Origin: Leyella stercorea
Lineage (GTDB): Bacteria > Bacteroidota > Bacteroidia > Bacteroidales > Paludibacteraceae
Direction: 5' to 3'
DNA length: 64,000 nucleotides
NCBI GenBank assembly: GCA_963658575.1
Contig: CAVKQB010000005.1
Coordinates: forward strand, 179 to 64,178
How positions within the stretch are numbered: the first letter of the stretch is position 1; each line of letters begins with the position of its first letter. Both the position numbers and the translations under genes were made by a program. Positions 45,990 through 56,700 of this stretch are shown here, piece after piece. The notes beneath the pieces are model-generated. The model made no database searches, was not told where the DNA came from, and saw only the letters and a list, made by a program, of their open reading frames with translations.

Positions 45990-46018
45990 CAAAACCGAAA
46001 AAAACGACAAAAAATAGT

Positions 46019-46217
46019 TAACTAACATAACCACAGAGCTTTACGCTCTTATTCTCACAAATCGGAATCTAGACAATTTCAATGCGTATGGGAATAAGTG
46101 AGCGAAGGTTCATGCTTTCGGGCGTGAACTGTTTCGTGCTTATTTACGCATAGGGAAGTCTAGACCCTCGATTTGAATAAGCAAACAAAACGAGCAGTTC
46201 ATAGCCTTTTTTGTTGC
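46019..46217 (+). ncRNA. candidate structured 5' leader / cassette-junction element, copy B (paralog of 15922-16126)
   Basis: Colinear with the reverse complement of the dndC upstream region. Helices are conserved with compensatory substitutions. It ends about 40 nt before the mod ATG. Confidence 0.45.
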
Positions 46218-46255
46218 TGTCAGGATAAGGGCGATAGGCGAAAAAGCAATATGCC

Positions 46256-47908
46256 ATGCCCACACTCAATTGGATTGGAAAAGAGAAAGTCGTTACTCAC
46301 GCCGACCATGTCCCCTACCGTGTATTAGACCACAAGTACGACTATGGCGAGCCGACGGATAGCCCTGCGGCGGGCGAGGACGGAGGCAATATGATTATTC
46401 ACGGCGACAATCTCGAAGCCCTGAAAGCCCTGCTGCCAAAGTACGAGAACAAGGTGGACTGCATCTACATCGACCCGCCGTACAACACGGGCAACGAGGG
46501 TTGGGTGTACAACGACAATGTGAACGACCCGCATATTCGCAAGTGGTTGGGCGAGGTGGTAGGCAAAGAAGCCGAAGACCTCACCCGCCACGACAAGTGG
46601 CTATGCATGATGTACCCCCGTTTGGTGCTGCTGCAAAAACTCCTTTCTCCCACAGGGGCTATCTTTATCTCCATAGACGACAACGAACAAGCCAACCTCA
46701 AACTCATCTGCGACGAGATTTTCGGCGCAGGGAACTTTGTGGCTTGTTACTTGTGGAATAAAACATCCACGCCACCAGCTTTATCCAAGAAGGTTAGACG
46801 AACGCACGAATATATTCTTTGTTACAATAAAAACAATGATGGTTCTCAAAAATATATAGGATTGGTCAACGATGGAGGCGATGCTCCAATTCTAAACGAA
46901 ATAAACAAAGAGATTACCCTTTCTTTTCCGGCAAATTATGTTGTTACAACCTTACCTGATGGGATTTACAATGCTGGTGATAGGGAACGGGTATGTTTAC
47001 TTAATGATGTTGTTGTTTCTAATGGAATAATAAAATCTCCCTTTCAGTTGAAAGGGCATTTTCGATGGACACAAAGTACGCTTGACTATGAAATCAGTCA
47101 AAAGTGTCGCTTGATAATCAAGAGTAATAAATTTGCAATAAGGTATTGCCGACAAGAAGACAGAACTGTAGCACCTCCTAACTTTATCACAGAGCGTTTT
47201 TATTTAGGAACGGCTATTGATAAAGAAACGAATGTAGATACCAATGATAAGGCGGGTGAAGAATTGAAATGTATTTTTGGTTCTAAGGTTTTTGAGTTCC
47301 CTAAACCACACTCACTAATTGAATACCTTATAGGCTTCTTAGGCAATCCCAACGCCCTTATCCTCGACTCCTTTGCGGGTAGCGGCACAACCGCCCACGC
47401 TGTCTTGAATCTCAACAAGCAGGACGGGGGACACCGCCGCTTTATCTTGGTCGAGATGTGCGACTATGCCGAGACCATTACCGCCGAGCGGGTGCGGCGT
47501 GTCATTAGTGGCTACGGCGAGGGCAGCAAAGCCGTGGAGGGGACGGGCGGCACATTCTCCTACTACGAACTGGGCGAGACCCTGTTTCATGGCGAAAACC
47601 TAAACGAAAACGTCGGCACCGAAAAACTGCGCGAATACATCTGGTACTGCGAGACACGCACGCCCTACGCCAAAAACGGAGCGGCAAGCGCAAATGCCTA
47701 TCATTTGGGCAATTACAATAATGTAGGCTATTACTTCTACTACGAACGGGACAAAACGACCACATTGGACAAAGCGTTTTTGAACACCATTGCCGCACGC
47801 GCCGACCAATACATCGTCTATGCCGACAATTGCCTGTTGAGCGTCGAATTTATGCAAGCCAACCATATCATTTTCAAAAAGATACCGCGCGACATACGCA
47901 GATTTTAA
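46256..47908 (+). CDS. mod: Type III restriction-modification methyltransferase (Mod), N6-adenine
   Basis: 550 aa. Motif IV is CIYIDPPYNTGNEGW and motif I is LDSFAGSGTTAHAV. A central AT-rich target-recognition region lies between them. A Res gene follows. Confidence 0.9.
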   Translation: MPTLNWIGKEKVVTHADHVPYRVLDHKYDYGEPTDSPAAGEDGGNMIIHGDNLEALKALLPKYENKVDCIYIDPPYNTGNEGWVYNDNVNDPHIRKWLGEVVGKEAEDLTRHDKWLCMMYPRLVLLQKLLSPTGAIFISIDDNEQANLKLICDEIFGAGNFVACYLWNKTSTPPALSKKVRRTHEYILCYNKNNDGSQKYIGLVNDGGDAPILNEINKEITLSFPANYVVTTLPDGIYNAGDRERVCLLNDVVVSNGIIKSPFQLKGHFRWTQSTLDYEISQKCRLIIKSNKFAIRYCRQEDRTVAPPNFITERFYLGTAIDKETNVDTNDKAGEELKCIFGSKVFEFPKPHSLIEYLIGFLGNPNALILDSFAGSGTTAHAVLNLNKQDGGHRRFILVEMCDYAETITAERVRRVISGYGEGSKAVEGTGGTFSYYELGETLFHGENLNENVGTEKLREYIWYCETRTPYAKNGAASANAYHLGNYNNVGYYFYYERDKTTTLDKAFLNTIAARADQYIVYADNCLLSVEFMQANHIIFKKIPRDIRRF

Positions 47909-47919
47909 CCCGTAGAGCC

Positions 47920-50565
47920 ATGGAACTGAAACCCTATCAGCAACAAATAATAGACGACCTGCGCCGTTTCATGCTTTGTGTGCAGGAGAAGAAAAACATC
48001 GGCGATGCGTTCAACGCCTTTTGGGTTGGTCATCTGCGCACGCCGCTCACTCCATTCCCTGGCGAGGCGGTGGAGCCGTACAAAAACAACGTGAAAAATG
48101 CGCCTCACGTTTGCATAAAAGTGCCCACGGGCGGCGGCAAAACCTTTATCGCCTCGGCAGCGTTGAAGACCATTTTCGACGCATTTGATGCGACGCGTTT
48201 CCGTGCCGTGGTTTGGCTGGTTCCGTCCATCACCATTTTGGAGCAAACGCTGCGCAACTTGCGCAACCCCAGCCATCCGTACAGGCAGCGCATCAATGCC
48301 GATTTTGCCAATCGTGTCGAGGTTTTCGGCAAAGATCAAGCCTTGCAAGGCGCGGGTTTTTCGCTACCAGTAGCCAAAGAGAACCTGTGCATACTTGTGA
48401 TGAGTTTCGACAGTCTGCGCGCTAAAAAGAAAGAAGACCGCAAAGTGTATCAGGAAAATGGCAACCTGCAATCGTTCGAAACACTTGTGAGCAAAGACGA
48501 AAACGGCGACCCCGAATTGCAGTTGATGAAGGTGTTGCAAGCCATGAATCCCGTAGTGGTAGTGGACGAAAGCCACAATGCCGAAAGCGATTTGAGCGTG
48601 GAAATGCTGCAAAACCTGAATCCGAGTTTTGTGCTCGACCTCACGGCCACACCACGCCGGCACAGCAACATCATCAGTTTCACCGATGCCTACGAGTTGA
48701 AGAGAGAAAGCATGGTGAAGTTGCCCGTAATCGTCTACAACCACCAAAGCCGCAACGATGTGATTTCGTCGGCGTTGGAACTGCAGCGCCGCTTGGAAAA
48801 CGAGGCCAACAAGGCGCAAGCAGACGGAGGCCGCTACATTCGCCCCATCGTGCTGTTTCAGGCGCAACCACGCACCGACGATGAGAACGTTACCTTCGAA
48901 AAAATCAAACGGACACTGCTCGAACTGAAAATTCCCGAAAACCAAATCCGTATCAAAACCGCCGACCGCAACGAGATAAAAGACGTGGATTTGCTTTCGC
49001 CCGACTGCGAAGTGCGTTACATCATCACAGTGAACGCCCTGAAAGAGGGTTGGGATTGTCCGTTTGCCTACATTTTGGCATCGTTGGCCGACAAGAGTTC
49101 GCCGGTAGATGTGGAACAGATTTTAGGCCGTGTGCTACGCATGCCTTGGGTGCGGAGCAGCAAAAATGCCATGCTCAATATGAGTTATGTGCTGACCGCC
49201 TCGCCCAAATTTCTCGATACGCTCGACAACATCGTCAAAGGGTTGAATCGTGCCGGATTTAGCGATAAGGATTACAAAATTGCGGAACCCGAAAAGCCGA
49301 AAGAAGCGACCGCCGCAGAACCGGCGCAAACCATGGGCTCTCTGTTCGCGCCTCGAGGTGCCGCGCCAGCAACAGACAAACCAGACACCGACGAATTTGA
49401 TGCGGGGAAAATTCATTTTTCGCTGCAGCCGACAGAGGACGATACGAAATCGGCAACCATCAACAGCGATGTAGACAAAATAGAAGAACAAGCGAAAGCC
49501 GAAGCAGAAAAAGCAGCACAGCACGAAAAACAGGACAACAACGGAACCGATAACGTTCCGACAGCATTGGAAAATCAAGTGAAAAAGTACAAAATGAAGG
49601 AGATTTTCAGCGAATCGGCCAAATCGCTGAAACTGCCGCAATTTATGAGCAATAACGGGCAAAAACTTACCAATTGCCTATTCGTGGACTTGCCACAAAC
49701 GGCCATTTTTGAATCCGAGGAACTGTTGCGCGACTTCAAATTGGGCAACGAAAACTCGGAAATAAACTTCGACAGCGTCGAAACATCGATGTATCGCGTA
49801 GATTTGGACGAAACGAACGACTACAAGCCAACCTATCTGAAAGTAGAGGGCGGCGTTCACGAAAAAATTGTGGATTACCTACTCGACCCCAAACAAAAAG
49901 GGAAGCGCGTCGAAAACTGCACGTTTCGTCTGAAAAACATCATCGGCAAAATGTATCCTATCCCCGACAAGGAAATAGAACTTTACATTTCCCGTGTATT
50001 AGAGCGGTTTTCCGACGAGCAATTCTCCGACCTGCTGAATCACGAATACTCGTATGCCGATAAAATCAAAGCAAAAATCAAGCAGTTGAGCGAGGCTTAT
50101 AAGGAACGGCAATTTTTCGATATGGTCGATAGAGACCTGATTTTTACAGCAGAAACCTATCGTTTGCCCGCGGAAATTATTCCTACAAAAGTCATTTCGG
50201 GCTTACCAAAATCGCTCTACGACAAGGAAGGAGACATTGACGATTTCGAAAGAGAGGTGATTAACGATGTAGCCAATCTCGAAAATGTGGAATTTTGGAC
50301 ACGCAACCTTGAGCGCGGCAAAGGATTTCACATAAACGGTTTCATCAACCATTATCCCGATTTTATCATCAAAACGAAAAAGGGGAAAATCGTTCTGCTC
50401 GAGACCAAAGGCGACCATTTGGATGCCGAAAAAAGAATAAAACTCGGAAATTTGTGGGCAACCAAGGCTGGGAACGATTACAAATACTGCTTGGTCTATA
50501 ATATCCGCCAAGTGGACGGTGCTTACACCAAAGACCGTTTCATCGACTTGCTCCGAAATTGGTGA
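47920..50565 (+). CDS. res: Type III restriction enzyme Res subunit (SF2 helicase-nuclease)
   Basis: 881 aa from MELKPYQQQIIDDL. Motif I is VPTGGGKTFIA and motif II is VVVDESHNA. The start was moved from 47830 to 47920. Confidence 0.9.
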   Translation: MELKPYQQQIIDDLRRFMLCVQEKKNIGDAFNAFWVGHLRTPLTPFPGEAVEPYKNNVKNAPHVCIKVPTGGGKTFIASAALKTIFDAFDATRFRAVVWLVPSITILEQTLRNLRNPSHPYRQRINADFANRVEVFGKDQALQGAGFSLPVAKENLCILVMSFDSLRAKKKEDRKVYQENGNLQSFETLVSKDENGDPELQLMKVLQAMNPVVVVDESHNAESDLSVEMLQNLNPSFVLDLTATPRRHSNIISFTDAYELKRESMVKLPVIVYNHQSRNDVISSALELQRRLENEANKAQADGGRYIRPIVLFQAQPRTDDENVTFEKIKRTLLELKIPENQIRIKTADRNEIKDVDLLSPDCEVRYIITVNALKEGWDCPFAYILASLADKSSPVDVEQILGRVLRMPWVRSSKNAMLNMSYVLTASPKFLDTLDNIVKGLNRAGFSDKDYKIAEPEKPKEATAAEPAQTMGSLFAPRGAAPATDKPDTDEFDAGKIHFSLQPTEDDTKSATINSDVDKIEEQAKAEAEKAAQHEKQDNNGTDNVPTALENQVKKYKMKEIFSESAKSLKLPQFMSNNGQKLTNCLFVDLPQTAIFESEELLRDFKLGNENSEINFDSVETSMYRVDLDETNDYKPTYLKVEGGVHEKIVDYLLDPKQKGKRVENCTFRLKNIIGKMYPIPDKEIELYISRVLERFSDEQFSDLLNHEYSYADKIKAKIKQLSEAYKERQFFDMVDRDLIFTAETYRLPAEIIPTKVISGLPKSLYDKEGDIDDFEREVINDVANLENVEFWTRNLERGKGFHINGFINHYPDFIIKTKKGKIVLLETKGDHLDAEKRIKLGNLWATKAGNDYKYCLVYNIRQVDGAYTKDRFIDLLRNW

Positions 50566-50695
50566 GAACAGAACAACGTCAGATAGCACGAAATGTGCAA
50601 CAAAACCAAAAAGCGCAGCCGTTGTAGGTTGCGCTTTGGTTGTTGGGGACGAACGGTTTTTACATCAATTTCACAACTTTTGCGGCGAAAAAACG

Positions 50696-50729
50696 CTCTA
50701 TTCTCCGCAAATTTGCGGAGAATAGAGCC
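50696..50729. terminator. perfect 34-nt palindrome, probable bidirectional terminator between convergent res and the giant gene
   Basis: GCTCTATTCTCCGCAAA|TTTGCGGAGAATAGAGC is a 17+17 perfect palindrome. It is flanked by an A-run on the left (a T-run for the minus-strand transcript) and by AAATTTT on the right. Confidence 0.7.
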
Positions 50730-50748
50730 AAATTTTCCATCTAACGTT

Positions 50749-53700
50749 CTATTTCACCAGCACTTTTTGGTGGCCGATGGCGGCAGATTGCAGCCGGACA
50801 TATACCAGCGCGATGCCCGACGGGGCTGTGAGCGTGCAGACCGATGTGCCTACGGTGGGTGCGGCACTTGTCAGTAGCCGCCCGACAAGGTCGTAGACGC
50901 GTATCTCGGCAATGTCGCTCGAAGCCACCACCACGATGCTTTCCTGCGCGTTGGAGAAGGCGGTTATCTGCTCTACTCCATCTGTATCGATGGCTGGTAT
51001 GGCGTTGTCGGTCGGCGTGTCGTTGGGATTATCGGGAGTATCGGCCTCGCCTTGCAGATAGTAGCGTATCTCGTGGTTGGCCGGCGTAGCGATGCGGACA
51101 CAGATGTCGTTGTAGAGGCGCGTTTTTTCGCCCGTTTTGCTGTCGCAGAGGTAGCACTCTTCGCTCCAGTTGGTGCTGGTGTGGAAGTAGAGCGTCAGGC
51201 TGTCGGAGCGGAAATCGCTGTGCAGCACAAAGCCGAGCGGCACGGTTTTCATCTCCGGTCGCAAGTCGGCGGCTAGCGGCTGGTTGTCGGCCAGCGTGTA
51301 GATGTTCACGGGCGTGGTGAGTGTGTTGTCGTTCACGCCGTACTCCACACCAGAGGAGATTAAGCGTACATCTTCGTTGCTGTCGTAGCCGTTGGAGGTG
51401 AAATCCATCAGTGCCAACTGCGTTTCGCCGCGCTGGTATTGCCAATCGCCGTCTTTATCTTGTCCGCCGGAGAGTGCGGTTATCTTCATCAGTTCGGGGC
51501 GCAGGGTGCGACCTTGAGCGCGTGCGTGAGCCGAAGCCTGCCTTGTCGTGGTGCGGTTGCGCGGCACGAGGCTCAGGTGTTCGGGTTTGAGGCTTACCTC
51601 CACCGTGCGGATATCTCCCGTAACATCTTGGCTCGCCACCATAGCCGACTGCATCGGGCGGAGGAACAGGTCGGTGGTCGTTACATCGCGCTTGATGGTT
51701 TCCCACTTGCCATCGACCTCCACTTGATAAGAGCCAATGTTGAGTACGTTTTGGTTGTCGTCGAGGAATTTCGCCATATTGATGTACGCCATGGTCGGGT
51801 TGCCAAAGAGGAAACCTTGTTGCCCTGCGATGGGCGTGGCAGAGCCGTCGGTCTTTTGGTTGAGGATAGTCAGCGTGATGTGCATCGCCCCGTCGCTTGC
51901 TGGCACAAAACCGAGTCGGTATGCCGAGTCGCGGTCGAGAGTTTCCACCATGCCATTCGGTTGGAGCGTAACGGAGTCGTAGTATTCGTACTCGGTATCG
52001 GGTTTGGGTAGTTTGATTGTGAGCGACTGCGTGTCGTCGGTCGGTCCGAAGCCCGCCACGGCAAATCCCTGTCCGGGTTCGAGTTTCTTGCCCATCGTAT
52101 TCGACTCGATGAAGTCGGCCGTCGTGCTGTAGCGATAGTCCCACCCTGTGGGAGTTACCACGGTTACATTTTGGTTGTAGTACGAAGCCCATACGGCGTA
52201 GGCGGCATACTTGGTGCGTTCGCCTTGGAAGCCGTTCACCTCGAAGTCGGCACTGCTCTCGGTCGAGGCACCTGCGCTGTATTTGCCCGTGTGCGGCACA
52301 AATAGGTCGCCCGAATAGGTTGCTTGCATAGGCGATGCCACGGTGTACCAATCGTTGGCGGGCAGGGTAGCATTGACATACGCTTCGTTGTAGGCGAGAT
52401 ACTCTTGTCCGATGATTTTCGCGCCCGAACGGAACTGCACTTTTTTGCAGACATTGGTGTGATAGTGTACATCTTCGGGGTAGAGGATATACGGGTCGCA
52501 GTCGGGCTGAATGGTCGGGTACTTCATCTCGTCGAGGAAGTCGGCGTTATGCTCCGGCAGGATTACCATCGTGTTTTTGAGCGGCGCGTAGCCGTGGTCG
52601 AGCACTTTGCCGTCCACTATGCCGCGCCAGTTGCGGTCGTCACCCCAGAGGTAGAGGCTGTCGCCCGTCATGGCGGTCGGTGTCCAGATGACGGTATCTG
52701 GCACAACCACCACATTGATGTACGAGTAGCCCAGCAGACAGCCGCTGTCGCCGTCGTCCATTTCGGCGGTGGTGCCGCGCACTTTCATCTGCAGGCGGAG
52801 TGTGTATTCGTAGCCAGCGCGCATCGGGTGCGAGTTCACAACCCAGAGCCCGGGGTGCCCCTCTTTCCAGCCCGATTGGTTGTTGTGCACCCATTTCATC
52901 GAATCCACATGGTCTTGGTCGATGTAGTGGAAGACGATGCTGTCGCCCACGTCGTAGTAATTGGCCGAAGCACCGTCGTAGCCGTTGAACTTGTCTTGCG
53001 AGAAGTGCATCGAGAAGCCCGGAGTTCCAATCAGTGGGCTGACCACGGGGTCGGTGCTGAGCACCACTTGGGTACTGTCGTAGCAGATGGCCACATTTTT
53101 TCCTATCTCCTTAATCGGCACATAGAATTGGTTGTGTGCGTTGTGTTCCGAGATGCGCACGCGGGGCACATCGTTGCCCGTGATGTCGGCGGTCGCCTTG
53201 TTGCTCAGGTTCAGCACATAGTCGCTCTTCACGCTGAAAACCATGATGTAGGTCGGGTTGGCGCATTCGTTCAGAATGTAGGTATTGCCGTTGTACACAG
53301 TTTTGGCCGTACCGGCAATCGGGTATATCCAGTAGCGGCAGGTATCCTCGGAGCGCATGTATATCTGTTGGCGTTCCTGCCAGAGAACGAGTTTTTTCTG
53401 TTCCACGAGGGTTTTGATTATCTCGTAGTGGCTTTGGTCGTCCCAATACTCTGTGTTGGCGTTCACCTTGCTCAAGTCGGTGGCAAGGTAGTTCGATTTT
53501 TGGTTTATGGTGTCGCGGCGCAGGTCGGCTATGGCGGCATCTACTTGCTCGCGGGTGTAGCCGTATGCCGCCTCGAATGCAGCGTTGCATTGTGTTTCAC
53601 GCTCCGTCGTCATCTCTTGGTAGGCGACGTCCTCGTCGGGGTCGAGGTAGGAGTAGTACCACGCGTCGTCGCTATCTATGCCCAAAAGCCAGTCGCCCTT

Positions 53701-56700
53701 GGCGTATGCCTGCAGATGAATGAGTTTGTCGCCATCGGTGAGCGTGTCGGTTACGAGAATCTCCAGCGGATAGAGGCCGTTGGCGCACTGTCCGGCGGCG
53801 GGATAGGTTTCGCCGTTGAATACGAATGCCGTCTTCTCGAATACGGGAAGTTTGGTACGCATGGCGCAGGCGGCTTCGCTCAGTTCGTCTTTCGCGTAGG
53901 CGGTGCGCACTTCGTAATTCTTCTTGGCAGAGAGTGGGCTTTGGTGTACCAATTGCGCCAGATAGATTATCCAGCGTTCCTTGCCCGACTCGTAGTTGCG
54001 AATGTAGCGCAGCAGCGTGGTATCGCTATCGTATTGCGCAATCGAGTCCAACAGGGCTTTGGCCGAAACGGCAGTTTCCGCTTCCGTGGGCGTGAAATCT
54101 TTTGCCGGAGTAACCAGATAGCCGTAGTCGGCCGATACGGACTTGCCGTCTTGATAGTAGTTGGTTTTTATGGCCTTGCCTTTCGACACGTCGTAGATGT
54201 CGTAGAAGAGTTGTGTGTTGTATTTATCCACGCCAGTGAATTGCGTGTAATCCGCTTTGATGATGGTTACCATCTGGTCGCCTTTGGCGTTGCGGCTGCA
54301 GTCGGTGCTGGCTTGGAACGATTCGAGTGGCGTAGGCGAAGCGTAGAGGTAGATGTCGTCCAACAGGAAGTCGTTGCCGTCGTTGTCGGAGGCGTAGTTC
54401 ATCACGCTGATGCGCGTCTCGTCGTAGTTTTGTGCGCCTACCAGCGGGAAGTTCACCTGCTGCCAATTGACGCTGCCGTCGAGCGGACCCGTGCAGAATG
54501 CGCCTATCGACTCCCATTCGCCGCCCGCAACGCGCCCTTCGATGTCGAATTGCAGAATCGGCTGTGTCTTGTTGTTGTAGTTGGCGTTGGCCACCCAAGC
54601 GGCGCAGTAGAGTTGCTGTCCCGAGCAGATGGTGGCGTTGGTGGAGAGGGTTACGACCTTGCCAGGCAACTGCGCGCCGTCCACATAGAGGCAGTAGCCG
54701 TTTTCGGCTCCGCCGTGTTGCGCAATGTTTTTGCCCCAATAGGCGTATTGTCCCTGTTCGCTCGGACAATTCGTGCCTATCGCATTCACTATGGCATATT
54801 CGCCGTAGAACGGGAATGGAATTTGGTCGCCGCTTCCACTCATGCTTCGTGTGCCACGGAACGACTGTCCTTGCGTTACCGAATAGGGATAGCAGTAGCC
54901 AAAACTGCTCTCTTGGGCACCGAGCGGTTTGGGATAGATGACGCAGTTGGTGGTGCCGGGTTTGTCGTAGTCGAAGTTCTGCTCGGCAAGCAGCACATAG
55001 TTGCGCTCGATGTCCTCTTTGGTGATGAGCGCAGTGGTCGATGGGCCGTAGTCCGAGGCGACGGCGAAATGTATCGTCCAGCGGGCAAGCAGGAGCGTAT
55101 CGGCCAGACTGATGCCGTTGTATTTGTCCCATATCGTCTTGCCAAACGAGCCGCCGTAGGTGCCGTTGGCAGCAGGCTCGATGCGGTATTCATAGACTAC
55201 CGAATCTGGTATTGCCCGCTGTACGGTGCGGAAATCGTAGCGCGAGCCAAGCGTGTTGCGCGCTTGTGGATAATCGGTTCCGTCCGCCACTTGCATGGCT
55301 GGAGTCTGCAACACGCCGTTTTTGTAGAAGCGCACCTCTACCGAGTCCAAGTTCGCGCTCATCGAGAGGCGCAACAGGGTGTCGCGCGGCGTGCCGAGGG
55401 TGTTTATCTTCACGGGAACGAAGTAGCAGAGGTCGCTCGGGCGGTCCATCGTGGCATTGTCGTTGTAGGGATAGGCCGAGGCGTATTTGGTGCGGAGAAT
55501 GACATTCTTGCCGACAGGCGCAGTGATGGTGTAATCCTCGAAATAGTTGCCACTCTTGGCGGTGAATTTCGAGAGCGAGTCGGCCATTTGGCTTGCGGGG
55601 CGCAGGTGGAATATCTGGCGGTAACTGATAGTCGGCTCTTGCACCTGTTTGGCAGAGGCGAGGTCTATCTTGTAGTCCGTGTAGTTGCTCATATCCACGG
55701 CGATATCGCGCTCCGCGGGCAGGTCGTTGCCGGTGGTGTCCCAGCCAAGCACGACGGGAATGACCATGTTCGACAGGGCGGCTTCTTGCTCGTTCAGCGA
55801 GCCAGCCTCGTCGAGCCCAGCCCACATCCAGCCTCTGCCCTTCTCCATGGCGTAGTACAAGCCCTGCGAGGTGGACGGCGTGCTGTTGATGGAGTCGTAG
55901 AGCCAAAGGCTCACGCCGTTGTCGTTGATGTTTTTGGCGGGCGGCCGTTGGTAGAAATCGCTTTGAGTCTTGTAAGTGCCGTCCTTGCGGCTGCGGTAGA
56001 AGCGCGGGTCTGCGCCTGTGTTGTAGTCGTACCAGCGTTGCCAGCCGAAGAAGTTACGCTCGCGGGGACGCAGTTCCACCTTTTCGCCAGGGTAATAGTA
56101 GATGGTGGTCTCGTGGGTATGCACGCTCTGCCGTCCCTCGTCATCGACGGTGGTGTAGCCCCAGCCGCCTTGTGGAACAAAATCTATTTCGCCTGCCGAG
56201 GCGTGGTTCAACTGCTCGATGGGAATGACGCGCGTGTAGGTCGTCTTCATCTCTTTGTTTTTGAAATAGTGCAGCAGCACGTTCGAGCGGTTAACGTTCA
56301 GCGGGTTGGCTTCGGCGGTAAGCGTAATGCTCGTGCCGCCTTCGTCGAACTCTTTGTCCGCCGTAATGGTCAGCCAACTGCAAGGGTCTTCCTCCAACTT
56401 GGCAGAGTGTTCCACGCGGTCGAGCAGTTCCTCCGAGCCAGGAGTAAGTTTCTCCCGCCCAAGCTCGATGGCGGCCTTCTCTACGCGCTCTTTGGTGTAG
56501 AGTTTGATGGTGTTCTCCACCACGAGCGAGTCGTAGGTAACCTCCACCGACCCTCCATCGGCGGGGAAAATAATTTGGCTTTGGCTCAGATAAGGCACGA
56601 GTTTCTGCTCGTGGTAGTAGTGGTACGACTCACGGATAATAGGCTGCTTGTAGTAGTACACCTCTTGCCCGTTCTTGGTAATGGCAAAACGCAGCGTATC

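Noticed and set aside
46082-46153. 23-codon small ORF (MRMGISERRFMLSGVNCFVLIYA) inside leader copy B as a possible leader peptide
   Set aside because: The homologous position in copy A reads ATGACGAGAGAATAA, which is 4 codons and then a stop. The reading frame is therefore not conserved, although the nucleotide sequence and pairings are. This favours an RNA or DNA structural element over a peptide.
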